From the NCBI RefSeq assembly GCF_000829235.1, contig NZ_AP012549.1:150001-182000 (forward strand): a DNA stretch of 32,000 nucleotides. The letters run 5' to 3'. The notes under the pieces were generated by a model, which had not been told where the DNA came from, searched no databases, and saw nothing but the letters and a program-made list of their open reading frames with translations. The DNA is from a cyanobacterium endosymbiont of Epithemia turgida isolate EtSB Lake Yunoko (lineage in GTDB: Bacteria; Cyanobacteriota; Cyanobacteriia; Cyanobacteriales; Microcystaceae). Of the stretch, positions 11,377 to 20,508 are shown one piece after another. A program made the translations under genes and the position numbers. The number at the start of each line of letters is the position of its first letter. Within the stretch, counting starts at the first letter, position 1.

Positions 11377-11427
11377 TTTACCGAGAAGGGTTTGAATTTT
11401 TTTAAAATTCAAACCCTTCTCGGTAAA
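11377..11427 (-). terminator. candidate intrinsic terminator of grxC (24-bp perfect stem, 3-nt loop)
   Basis: Arm tttaccgagaagggtttgaatttt (11377-11400) pairs with arm aaaattcaaacccttctcggtaaa (11404-11427). The stem has a GC-containing core and begins 12 nt downstream of the grxC stop on the minus strand. There is no clear U-tract beyond the stem. Confidence 0.55.
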
Positions 11428-11438
11428 CATGTGGTTTG

Positions 11439-11705
11439 TTAAACCGTCGTAGTCAAGAGAGAATCTAATTCACTCATGGATTCCAAAGAATATAATTCAT
11501 TACATCCACCAATAGGTTGATTATTGATAAAAATTTGGGGCAGACTACTACGACCTTCAGCTCTTTGTTTCATTTTTTCCCTTGTTTCATAATCTCCATC
11601 AATACGATATTCAGTGTACTTGACTCCCTTTTTATCGAGTAAGGCTTTAGCCCGAATACAAAAAGGACAAGTACCCCAAGTATAAATTTCAACATTAGCA
11701 GTCAT
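11439..11705 (-). CDS. grxC: glutaredoxin 3 (dithiol Grx)
   Basis: 88-aa ORF with the active site CPFC (YTWGTCPFCIRAK), the motif LPQIFINNQPIGGC, and classic Grx size. Confidence 0.9.
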   Translation of the reverse strand: MTANVEIYTWGTCPFCIRAKALLDKKGVKYTEYRIDGDYETREKMKQRAEGRSSLPQIFINNQPIGGCNELYSLESMSELDSLLTTTV

Positions 11706-11883
11706 TTTGATCCTGAATCTAAGTTTTAAGTCTTAAATTTATATTGTACTAAAATTAACCGCAAAATTAGTCAATCATTACCTGAAAACTAAGTAATAAG
11801 AACATTTTAAATTAAGAATTGAAGGTCCAGATAGGTTATTCTGAATATTTAGACTAGTACCTGCTGTAACGTTGGTCAAGCTT

Positions 11884-13680
11884 ATGAAAAAGTTATTATT
11901 CCTTAGTTTATTTATTATTGGGCTATGGGTAGCCTTATATAACTTCAAAGGATTAGCAAATCAGGGAAAATTTGATTCGATAGTGATTAATTTTCGTGAA
12001 GATGTTCCTACCTCAATTATTAGTAAACAATTAGGAGCGATTACTAAACAATATGAAAAGACTGTAAGTCTCAATAGTATTTTTTCTGCTGATGAACACA
12101 TCTACACTGTATCAGGGGATAAAACTTTCCTTAACCTGATAAAACAGTCTTCTATTAAAAAATATATTGAATACTCCGAACCCAATTATATTTACAATGC
12201 TTTAGAAATACCCAACGATCCCGACTATAACAAGCAATGGAACTTGCATAGTATTCATGTTGAAAAAGCTTGGAAAAATAGCCAAGGGGAAGGAATCACT
12301 GTTGCTGTGATTGACACAGGGGTTAGTAGAATCCCTGACTTACGACAGACAGAATTTATTGAAGGTTATGATTTTGTCAACGATCAAACTGATGCCTCTG
12401 ATGATAACGGTCATGGAACCCATGTTGCTGGAATCATTGCCCAATCGACAAACAACAAGTATGGAGTAGCTGGTATTGCTTACCATGCTAGAATTATGCC
12501 TCTCAAGGTTCTTGCTGCTGAAGGTGGAGGAACTGTTGCTGATATTGCTGAAGCAATTCGCTTTGCTGCTGATCATAATGCCGATGTGATTAATTTAAGT
12601 CTTGGGGGAGGTGGTGACAGTCAAGTTATGAAAGATGCTATTGACTATGCTTATTCAAAAGGTGTTGTTATTATTGCTGCTGCGGGGAATTCTAATAAAA
12701 ATGCTGCTTCCTATCCCGCCCGTTATCCTAAAGTAATTAGTGTATCTGCTCTAGATGCAGCTGGTCAAAAAACAACTTATTCTAACTATGGGGCTGGAAT
12801 TGATATTTCTGCCCCTGGCGGTAGTGAGATAGGGAAGATTATTCAAGAAACGATTAACCCCCAAACGGGAGAAGCGATTTTTGTCGGGTTCCAGGGGACG
12901 AGTATGGCCGCCTCTCACGTCGCGGGTGTAGCGGCTTTAATTAAGGCTTCTGGTATTAAAGAACCATCTGAAGTATTAGCTATCCTTAAACGATCCTCTC
13001 GTAATGTTCGAGAAGATCCTTTTAACCATTACGGGGCAGGACAATTGGATGCTGGGGAAGCGGTTTCTTTAGCCTTCAGAAGTCAAATTATCTTCAGGGA
13101 CTTCTTCCGATGGATGCGCGCCAATGGCTACCTTTACCCTCGTTTTTGGATTGATTACAGTGTAGTGGCGTTAGTTCCCAAACTATTAATGTTTGTAGGG
13201 TCTTATCTGTTGGCTTGGTTTTTAAGGGTCTATTTTCCTTTTGCCTGGACTATATCTCTAAATTTGGGGTTAATTTTGGGAAGTTCAGGACTGTTTTTTC
13301 TGCAAGGAATCTATATTTTTGATTTGCCTCAATGGCCCTTCCGAGTTATGGGGAGTTCTATTCCGGAATTAGATAATTCTATTCGCGGAACTTCTTTGCT
13401 AAATCCTTTTTTAGCTAGTATTTTAGTTCCTTTTACTTTGATAGTTTTGTTATTAGGTTATGAACGAGGAAAATCATTTGCGTTGGGAATTTCTTTAGGA
13501 GTCTCTTCTTGTTTAACAATTCATACTGTCATGAATTCTGCAGTTTGGGCAATTCCTTCAGGAGATATTTCCCGATTTTTTTTAGGAGTTAATGTTATCC
13601 TCTGTTTTTGCTTAATTTGGCCAATAGTCAAAAAAAAAGATCAAACAACACAATTACAGTATAAAAAGGCTAAAAAATGA
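11884..13680 (+). CDS. S8 family (subtilisin-like) serine peptidase with a C-terminal polytopic membrane domain
   Basis: The catalytic triad contexts are VAVIDTGV (Asp), HGTHVAG (His) and GTSMAASHVAG (Ser). There is an N-terminal signal/anchor, MKKLLFLSLFIIGLWV. The last ~200 aa are strongly hydrophobic and consistent with several TM helices. I prefer the ATG at 11884 over the TTG at 11872 used by the ORF track. Confidence 0.85.
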   Translation: MKKLLFLSLFIIGLWVALYNFKGLANQGKFDSIVINFREDVPTSIISKQLGAITKQYEKTVSLNSIFSADEHIYTVSGDKTFLNLIKQSSIKKYIEYSEPNYIYNALEIPNDPDYNKQWNLHSIHVEKAWKNSQGEGITVAVIDTGVSRIPDLRQTEFIEGYDFVNDQTDASDDNGHGTHVAGIIAQSTNNKYGVAGIAYHARIMPLKVLAAEGGGTVADIAEAIRFAADHNADVINLSLGGGGDSQVMKDAIDYAYSKGVVIIAAAGNSNKNAASYPARYPKVISVSALDAAGQKTTYSNYGAGIDISAPGGSEIGKIIQETINPQTGEAIFVGFQGTSMAASHVAGVAALIKASGIKEPSEVLAILKRSSRNVREDPFNHYGAGQLDAGEAVSLAFRSQIIFRDFFRWMRANGYLYPRFWIDYSVVALVPKLLMFVGSYLLAWFLRVYFPFAWTISLNLGLILGSSGLFFLQGIYIFDLPQWPFRVMGSSIPELDNSIRGTSLLNPFLASILVPFTLIVLLLGYERGKSFALGISLGVSSCLTIHTVMNSAVWAIPSGDISRFFLGVNVILCFCLIWPIVKKKDQTTQLQYKKAKK

Positions 13681-14680
13681 TTTATAAAATATTTTTGATA
13701 TAGAGGTTATCTGTTTTTTGATTGGTTTTCAACTTATCACAGATTAATAATATGAAATGAACTAGTATAATGTCTAGTCAAGAAACTTAAGGTGTATAAT
13801 TTATGAACTTTCTTTATTTTTAGCTTTTTCTTACTAATTTAATTGTCAAAATAAGCAATTATTTATAAAGTACAATACTTAATTATTTCGAAGCTTTTTT
13901 ACAGCAATTAGCTAATTTCAATAGGCCTTATATTCATCCTGGATTTTTATTAAAGATCTTCTAATTGTTTTTAACAATATTTGTTTAAATAACTGGCAAT
14001 ATTTTATTAAATTTAATTTCAACTTTTTCTTCTTCACTTAAATCTTTTTTATTTTTATTAAAAATATATTTAATCTTACTTTAACTAAAACTATTTTTTC
14101 TTTTGACCAATATTTTTTATTTAGATTTTTTAGTTTGTAGGTTAAATTTTTTATTATTAAATAATAGATTGTTTCAATAGATACAATCTATTTGCTACTA
14201 TTTTAACTTACGACATTAATTTATTGATACAATTTTTATAGCGATTTTTTTAAAAAATACTGAATTCTTTAATTTAAATAAAAGTCTCGTAATAAATTTA
14301 TTATTTTTTAATAAAGACAATTTTAATACTTTAGATTTTTAATCTGTATTATGCGATATAAGTCTTTGAGAATTATTTTTATTTATTATTTACCCACTCC
14401 ATTTCTTGTAGATATATTCAGCTTATATTTTTTGTTTTACTCTTTTGCATATTGATTAAATCTTATTTAACAAGAGGCAATCTTGAAACAAACATTTATT
14501 TTCTCTATCCAAGACAAATATTTAATAATTTATTCATTATTTTTATGGAGTTTTCTGGTGCCTAAAACAAAATAAATATAAGTTACCGAGAAAAAATACG
14601 CTCAGTATATTGGAGTAGTAAAACTTTTTTGTCACCTTAACCTAGAAAAAAACAAAAAATAAATATACATTTTTATCTAC

Positions 14681-15940
14681 TTAATTTGGCTGAAGAAAAA
14701 GTGCAAAAATAGAAGTATAACCATGCAAAAAAGTTTTCCCCTCCACCGGTCCAATTTCTCCGTTACAGAAAAAGCCTCCCAAAGGTGGTTGGGGAAGATA
14801 ACGACGAAACAGCCATGAATCAAAATTTGGCTTGTCATAAAAAGCTTCTCCACGCCCTAAACAGGAAAAAATTAACGCCCCCCGAATCTTTTTGTCTAGT
14901 TCACCAACAGTGACATAAGTCCTGAGAAGAAATTCCAAATCATCTGCCGAAGTTTTAGCATCGCATAGATGAAATTGAACTCGTTGACCTGGACGAATAG
15001 GATTGCCGATAGCAATCGCCCCTACTTGCGGATCAAACCCAACCAAATGACGAATCAAAAAATCTCCAGGTTGCAAATCGTGTTTAAATTCATCGCTGAC
15101 AATCCCAATCAACAGAGAATGTTTGGCTAATTGACGATCATCTTTATCCAACGTTTTGATCAACTCTCTAAGAGATTCTAAAGAAGAACGACTAACTATG
15201 GGTTGAGCCATATTTTCTAGTTTTCCCAGCTGTAAAATAATATTGCGTCCCCCTTGCATAATTTGATAAGGCTGTCCAATAGGACGACATCCTTGAGCGA
15301 CAATAGATTCAACTATAATCTTTCCATTTAAGGCTAATCCTACGGTTCCCTGATGACATAGCTTAAGCTCTGAAGGTTCTGAGGTATAGTAAAATAAAGA
15401 ACTTTGAACATTCATAGCCCCTGTACTTGCTAGCCCCCCTACTTTTACTGAATCTGGGTACGCAAAATCAAGCCCAGCTAATAAATCATTAATTCCTGAA
15501 AAAAAGGGATCAGATAAAAGAATAAAATGTGGGTGTTGTTGAAGAGGAACACCCACAAGTTTGCTCCAAGCATCGGGGGAACTGTCGAGATCGGGTAAAT
15601 TATCAGGAGTAAGATAGAAGGCTTGAACATCAACCTCCGGTAAGCTAGCAACAGTAAGACTTAGAGCCGGTCCACTTTCAACCTCGATGATTTGGGTAGA
15701 ATTATCCACGCCAATTGTTCCTCCTCCACTACAACCAATAAGAATAGGTAAAGACAACTTTTCTAGAATTAGAGAAATTAATCTAGGATAATCACTAGCG
15801 TAGGCCGAAGAAATGAATAAGATACCCAAGTCAGGGGACTGAGATAAAGATTTTGTGACTCTATCTACAACTTCTGTGACTGCGGCTTCTAGTGATGGAC
15901 GGACAGATAAAGCATTCACCCACTGCATTTCATTGATCAT
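14681..15940 (-). CDS. FIST N/C domain-containing signal-transduction protein
   Basis: 419-aa ORF. The N-terminal block GILFISSAYASDY...PILIGCSGGGTIG and the C-terminal block GALIFSCLGRGEAFY...LGGFFCNGEIGPV resemble FIST_N and FIST_C family patterns. This assignment is from memory of the family, not from a search. Confidence 0.7.
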   Translation of the reverse strand: MINEMQWVNALSVRPSLEAAVTEVVDRVTKSLSQSPDLGILFISSAYASDYPRLISLILEKLSLPILIGCSGGGTIGVDNSTQIIEVESGPALSLTVASLPEVDVQAFYLTPDNLPDLDSSPDAWSKLVGVPLQQHPHFILLSDPFFSGINDLLAGLDFAYPDSVKVGGLASTGAMNVQSSLFYYTSEPSELKLCHQGTVGLALNGKIIVESIVAQGCRPIGQPYQIMQGGRNIILQLGKLENMAQPIVSRSSLESLRELIKTLDKDDRQLAKHSLLIGIVSDEFKHDLQPGDFLIRHLVGFDPQVGAIAIGNPIRPGQRVQFHLCDAKTSADDLEFLLRTYVTVGELDKKIRGALIFSCLGRGEAFYDKPNFDSWLFRRYLPQPPLGGFFCNGEIGPVEGKTFLHGYTSIFALFLQPN

Positions 15941-16263
15941 AGAAAGTTCATGAAATTATAAAACGACGAGTAACTATAGAGCAAAAAAAAAGAATTATTA
16001 GTTTATAAACACAGACGAGATAGGATTACTTCAATAAGTATGTTTTAAGATATCAAGCAAAGACAGAGAAATTTTGCGATTGAGTCAATTCTTTCAAGTA
16101 TACTTTTCTTGAGAGAAGATTAAGAATTAGTCATAATATTAAGTAGGTATGAGTAGAAGATTTATATATACTATGACATGAGTCGTGGCACAGACAAATC
16201 CGTTAGGATAAACTGAAATCTCAATACCTATAAGATTAAAGTCAAGAAAACCAAGGAGGAATA

Positions 16264-16488
16264 ATGGGTAACATCGAAAATCAAATTGAACAAGAGAGAC
16301 AAAACGCTAAAATCGTCTGCAGTATTAAAGGAGATAATTCTAGAGATTACGCTGCCGCTTGGGATGCCGTCGAAGAGCTGCAAGCGGAGGCTTTTCACCA
16401 AAGGCAAAAACAACTTACTAAAACCCCTTTCAAGACCAATTGTGATATTAATCCTGACGTGGTTGAATGTCGAGTTTATGAAGACTAG
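16264..16488 (+). CDS. cp12: CP12 domain-containing protein (Calvin-cycle GAPDH/PRK regulator family)
   Basis: 74-aa ORF with the CP12 core AWDAVEELQAEAFHQRQ and the C-terminal loop CDINPDVVECRVYED. A strong Shine-Dalgarno, AAGGAGG, lies at 16253-16259, 4 nt before the ATG. Confidence 0.85.
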   Translation: MGNIENQIEQERQNAKIVCSIKGDNSRDYAAAWDAVEELQAEAFHQRQKQLTKTPFKTNCDINPDVVECRVYED

Positions 16489-16646
16489 AGTTTAATACAC
16501 TCGCATATACAGTCTGTTGCCCATTTACCGATATTACAACCTAGTGGTAGTGACAATAATCTAAATGCGGATCATCACTACTATTCTGAGCATAAAAAAC
16601 ATCCCTTTAAAATAATTAGAGCGTTTTTTGAGGAAATTGAAAGAAA

Positions 16647-17276
16647 ATGGATGAACTATGGTTTCGGCCTTTAGTTTGGACTGATTATCGATTAGCGATG
16701 TCATTCATTGTTATAGTTCCTACAATTTTGATTATCTGGTCTCTAGTTCGACAAGCAGAAGCCATTAGTCGTCTTCTTATTATTTATTGGCGAGTAGCTA
16801 GTTTATTAATGATCACGATCTATTTGTTGGTCCCAGCTTGGGGGATCGAAAACTCCACTTTTGAAAATCTTTGTGGACAAATTGGCTTTATCACTGCTTT
16901 GGTCGCTCGTATTCTGATTCCCATTTCCCTTTGGTTTTGGGTGGATATTAACGACGAAATTAAGGATTTATCTCCGAGTTTTCTAAAATTAATGGTTGTC
17001 TCCTGGCGTTGGGCAATGACAGTTTATTGTAGTTTAGGGGTCATCGCTAGTGTTCCTTTTTTGTCTTGTGCATTTTCTCTAGATTTACTTTCAAGTCCAT
17101 TCTGTCAAGTTTGGATTGAAGCTCCTTTAGGATATCGTTCTATTATTCATAGCGATGCTACTCAAGGATTTATTGGATTTTTAGGCCTGTTAGGATTATC
17201 GGTCTATGTTCTTTATTTTGGGTATTTTCTCTTAATTAGACTTGGTAAGCAAGGACGCTTAGCTCTTGAACAGTAA
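16647..17276 (+). CDS. conserved-looking integral membrane protein, function unknown
   Basis: 209-aa ORF with about 5-6 hydrophobic helices. Its composition resembles the other real genes and differs from the AT-rich spacer. I cannot name the family by eye. Confidence 0.6.
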   Translation: MDELWFRPLVWTDYRLAMSFIVIVPTILIIWSLVRQAEAISRLLIIYWRVASLLMITIYLLVPAWGIENSTFENLCGQIGFITALVARILIPISLWFWVDINDEIKDLSPSFLKLMVVSWRWAMTVYCSLGVIASVPFLSCAFSLDLLSSPFCQVWIEAPLGYRSIIHSDATQGFIGFLGLLGLSVYVLYFGYFLLIRLGKQGRLALEQ

Positions 17277-17729
17277 AATAGAGTAGAAGTAGTACAAATT
17301 TAGAATTAAAACCTCAGAAACAATAATCACTTAAATTTTCTATTGATAAAGAAAAAATTTTAACTTGTATTTTACATTTAAAATAGTATTATTTACTCAA
17401 GTTAAACAATTGAACTTTATGTTCTCCAAAGTCAATAAAAAGTTCTACTAGTAGATAGTATATAATTTAAGAGATCCTGAGCTAAATTATGATTTTTAAA
17501 AAATTTTTCAACTCTTCAATGAAGATAACCGATTTCATGATTAAAATTTATTGAATTTTAAAATAAACTATTAGTTATTAACATTGATTGTTTGTTTAGT
17601 CCCTACATAATGAAAGATTTAAGAAGCGCTGAGAATTGAATGATTAATAGATTTAGTGATATTCCCCCAGACAAATCGCACAAGCTTACAGTACAAGTTT
17701 CCCTGTCTCATGATCAAGATGCTGCTATC

Positions 17730-17781
17730 TCACCGGGGGTTTCTAAATAGCAAATATTTGCTATTTAGAAACCCCCGGTGA
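17730..17781. repeat. 52-nt perfect palindrome with a GC-rich outer stem; candidate bidirectional terminator
   Basis: t caccgggggtttctaaatagcaaat | atttgctatttagaaacccccggtg a reads identically on both strands. It lies between the convergent genes 16647..17276 (+) and 17979..18386 (-). Confidence 0.9.
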
Positions 17782-17978
17782 AATATTTCCAAAGTCAGCA
17801 CTATGAACTATCTATCAGTTAGAATACATCGGTTTTTAAGCAGGTATTTTTTCATATATCTATTAGACTTGTTCTAAGAATCTAGTTTTTCTAGCTTCCT
17901 CATTAAACTTTGACTCTATTTTTAGACCGATACATTGAACATTGTAGGTACTTACTACTCCGACATCTGATACCGTAG

Positions 17979-18386
17979 CTAGAAAGATTGTTGAAATACT
18001 TTTAGGGACTTTAAGTGTTTATTTTTTTTTTGTAATTGAGTGGCGATTGAATTGCAAACTAAATCACATAAAGAAAAAACTAAAGGGTTTGCGATTGCAT
18101 AAACTACATTAACCCCCTGTTGAGTTCGTGTCACAATTCCTGCCTGGGTGAGAAGTTTTAAGTGTTTAGATACATTTGCTTGTCCTAAACCCGTAATTTC
18201 AATAATCTCAGAGACATTTTTTTCTCCTCTTTTAAGACTGCAGACGATCTGTAATCGGCTGACTTCAGATAAAACTTTAAAAAAATCCGCAATCATACCG
18301 AAAACTGCTGGAGATAACTTAGACGTCTCAGAGTCCACCGATAATGCTATCTTTATTACTGATCGTGAATTAGGGCTTTGAACCAT
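17979..18386 (-). CDS. ArsR/SmtB family transcriptional regulator (winged HTH)
   Basis: 135-aa ORF with the pattern FKVLSEVSRLQIVCSLKRGEKNVSEIIEITGLGQANVSKHLKLLTQAGIVTRTQQGVNVVY, typical of ArsR/SmtB. The true start could be the internal Met31. Confidence 0.85.
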   Translation of the reverse strand: MVQSPNSRSVIKIALSVDSETSKLSPAVFGMIADFFKVLSEVSRLQIVCSLKRGEKNVSEIIEITGLGQANVSKHLKLLTQAGIVTRTQQGVNVVYAIANPLVFSLCDLVCNSIATQLQKKNKHLKSLKVFQQSF

Positions 18387-18428
18387 ATTGCTATAGAGTT
18401 TACTAACTGAATAGTTATATTTATTTTT

Positions 18429-18466
18429 GTAGTATAGCTTGATTTACAGCTAATTTGCTATACTAC
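18429..18466. promoter_or_regulatory. candidate operator/promoter region of the ArsR-family gene (10-bp inverted repeat, 18-nt spacer)
   Basis: gtagtatagc (18429-18438) and gctatactac (18457-18466) are exact reverse complements, 43-80 nt upstream of the ORF start. Related half-sites occur at ttgctata (18388-18395) and gtagtata (18473-18480). The role is purely positional inference. Confidence 0.3.
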
Positions 18467-18559
18467 TCACTAGTAGTATATTAAGGTAATCCTCAAGATG
18501 AGGGGATAATAATTTAAATCATTGTGAAATAAATCTTCTATGGGAATAATTAGTATAAT

Positions 18560-18620
18560 AAACCCTATATAAAATTATTTTTATAAAAAACTTAGCAAAA
18601 AATAATTTTATATAGGGTTT
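18560..18620. repeat. perfect inverted repeat (23-bp arms, 15-nt loop)
   Basis: Arm 18560-18582 aaaccctatataaaattattttt is the exact reverse complement of arm 18598-18620 aaaaataattttatatagggttt. Confidence 0.9.
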
Positions 18621-18634
18621 TCTAAAAAATGCAA

Positions 18635-18672
18635 TTAAGATATAGTTTCTTTTAAAAGAAACTATATCTTAA
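18635..18672. repeat. 38-nt perfect palindrome
   Basis: ttaagatatagtttctttt | aaaagaaactatatcttaa. It begins 14 nt after the previous inverted repeat. Confidence 0.9.
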
Positions 18673-19231
18673 AAATTTGATTAACATTAAATTTTTAAGA
18701 GTAAATTCAAGCTAAATTAATTTCAAAGAATAGATATCAATGAAGTAATAGAGGTTAATTTAAACTGACTTAACAGGGGTAAAGTCAACTAATAGTAATT
18801 TTTTTTGCCGACTCGTGGAAAACTTATAAGCAATAAACTAATTTTTTAAAAGCCGATTTATGTTATATAACCCTTAGTTGAGATCTTTTATCTAAAGCTG
18901 ATTCAATAGATGCTAAGTTATGATAAATAAAATTTAGTCAATAAAACAATAGTCGTTATTTTATAACTTAATTGAAACTAATTTAGTAAATGCAGATTTA
19001 AACTGCGTGATTTCATTCAATTGAAGCCAACAAATTTAACAAGGGCTGATGAAAAAGAAACAATTTGATTTATATCTAATTCTGAGTAGATAATTATGCC
19101 GTATAGAACAGTTTACAATGATAATTAAATTAATACATATTATCCACTGTTGATCTACATTAATAGGTTATTTTTTCAAGAAATATTTGTTATGGTAGAG
19201 TAATTAAACCACCTATGCGAATTTAAAAGCA

Positions 19232-19411
19232 ATGACGACTCATTTTATTACTGTCGAAGTCAACCTTCAAAAAAATATCTTAAAATTACACGAAGAGATT
19301 GAAGCTGAACTTGGAAAAAGAGGAGAACCTCTTCGCTGGTCGATCACGGAAGTTGACACTAAAAAGCAAACTGTTCACATAGAAGGAATTATTACAAATA
19401 GCAGTAATTAA
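19232..19411 (+). CDS. small hypothetical protein (59 aa), not in the supplied ORF track
   Basis: The ATG at 19232 opens MTTHFITVEVNLQKNILKLHEEIEAELGKRGEPLRWSITEVDTKKQTVHIEGIITNSSN, ending at the TAA at 19409-19411. Composition is gene-like. The ORF ends 11 nt before the next gene on the same strand. Confidence 0.5.
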   Translation: MTTHFITVEVNLQKNILKLHEEIEAELGKRGEPLRWSITEVDTKKQTVHIEGIITNSSN

Positions 19412-19422
19412 AATTTACTATA

Positions 19423-20508
19423 GTGGTTCATCTTCCTTATACCGTCGTTTTAATTGTTCCCACCGGAATTGGGGCTACTATTGGGGGTTATGCTGGAGAT
19501 GCTCTTCCCGTTGCCCGTGCTATTTCCCAAGTGTGTGATCGCTTGATCACACACCCCAATGTTCTCAATGGAGCACAACTCTACTGGAATCTTCCCAACA
19601 CCTTTTACGTTGAAGGATATGGACTCGATCGCTTTGCTCGAGGAGATTGGGGACTGCAACCAGTTCATCAAAACCGAGTTGGTCTAATTTTAGATCAAGG
19701 ACTCGAACCAGAATTACAAACACGCCACTTACAAGTTGCTGATGCTACGAGAGCTACTCTAGGATTAGACATAACCGATTATATCCTTACCGACACTCCT
19801 CTAGAGATTAATCTAGGCATTGCTTCTTCTGGGACTAGTTGGGGAACTATTGGCAATCCAGATAGTTTACTCAGAGCAGCAGAGACATTAATCACCCAAG
19901 CTAAAGTTCAAGCAATTGCAGTTGTTGTCCGCTTTCCCGACGAACTTGACAGTTTAGCTCTAGATAACTACCGTCATGGTCAAGGAGTTGACCCCTTAGC
20001 GGGAGCAGAAGCAGTTATTTCTCACCTAATTGTCCGTCAATTTGGTATTCCCGCTGCCCATGCTCCTGCTTTGATGCCTTTACCCCTGGAGCCAAATCTT
20101 TCCCCCCGTGCCGCAGCCGAAGAACTTGGCTATACTTTTTTACCTTGCGTCTTAGTAGGGTTGAGTCGCGCACCTCAGTTTGTTTACACAGAGGGAGTGA
20201 ATTTAAAGTCCACACTTGTGGATTCTGTGATTTGGGGAAATCAAGTAGATGCAGTAATTATTCCAGAGACTGCTTGTGGAGGAAGTGCTATTCTCAGTTT
20301 CAGCCATCGTAACACCCGTATTATTACAGTTGCAGAAAATAAAACTAGATTACAAGTTACCCCAGAGTCCCTCGGAATTCAGGCGCTTAAGGTAAACTCT
20401 TATTTAGAGGCGTTAGGTGTTTTAGTTGCTCATCGTGCTGGAATCAGTGTTAGTGTCTTGCATCCTACTGTCTCATCCCTTAATTGTTTTTCTAAAACTC
20501 GTGACTGA
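19423..20508 (+). CDS. DUF3326-like conserved cyanobacterial/plastid-lineage protein, function unknown
   Basis: 361-aa ORF with a GTG start. The N-terminal motif VPTGIGATIGGYAGDALPVARA is what I recall as the DUF3326 hallmark; this family assignment is unverified. Confidence 0.75.
   Translation: MVHLPYTVVLIVPTGIGATIGGYAGDALPVARAISQVCDRLITHPNVLNGAQLYWNLPNTFYVEGYGLDRFARGDWGLQPVHQNRVGLILDQGLEPELQTRHLQVADATRATLGLDITDYILTDTPLEINLGIASSGTSWGTIGNPDSLLRAAETLITQAKVQAIAVVVRFPDELDSLALDNYRHGQGVDPLAGAEAVISHLIVRQFGIPAAHAPALMPLPLEPNLSPRAAAEELGYTFLPCVLVGLSRAPQFVYTEGVNLKSTLVDSVIWGNQVDAVIIPETACGGSAILSFSHRNTRIITVAENKTRLQVTPESLGIQALKVNSYLEALGVLVAHRAGISVSVLHPTVSSLNCFSKTRD

Noticed and set aside
11872-11883. TTG start for the S8 protease.
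   Set aside because: The ATG at 11884 opens directly with a classic signal/anchor (MKKLLFLSLF...), so the TTG extension is unnecessary.
16228-16495. ORFs 16228..16413 (minus strand) and 16286..16495 (plus strand) overlapping CP12.
   Set aside because: The CP12 frame carries the AWD_VEEL core, the C-terminal Cys loop and a strong Shine-Dalgarno. The overlapping frames have no such support.
17640-17750. 36-codon ORF (MINRFSDIPPDKSHKLTVQVSLSHDQDAAISPGVSK) ending inside the 52-nt palindrome.
   Set aside because: It is too short and unsupported. It may be a remnant of a lost gene, but I cannot assign it.
20426-20500. Upstream extension of the CPBP protease ORF (track start 20426).
   Set aside because: It would overlap the DUF3326-like gene by 83 nt in another frame. 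The GTG at 20501 gives a compact 8-nt overlap typical of coupled genes. This start remains uncertain.
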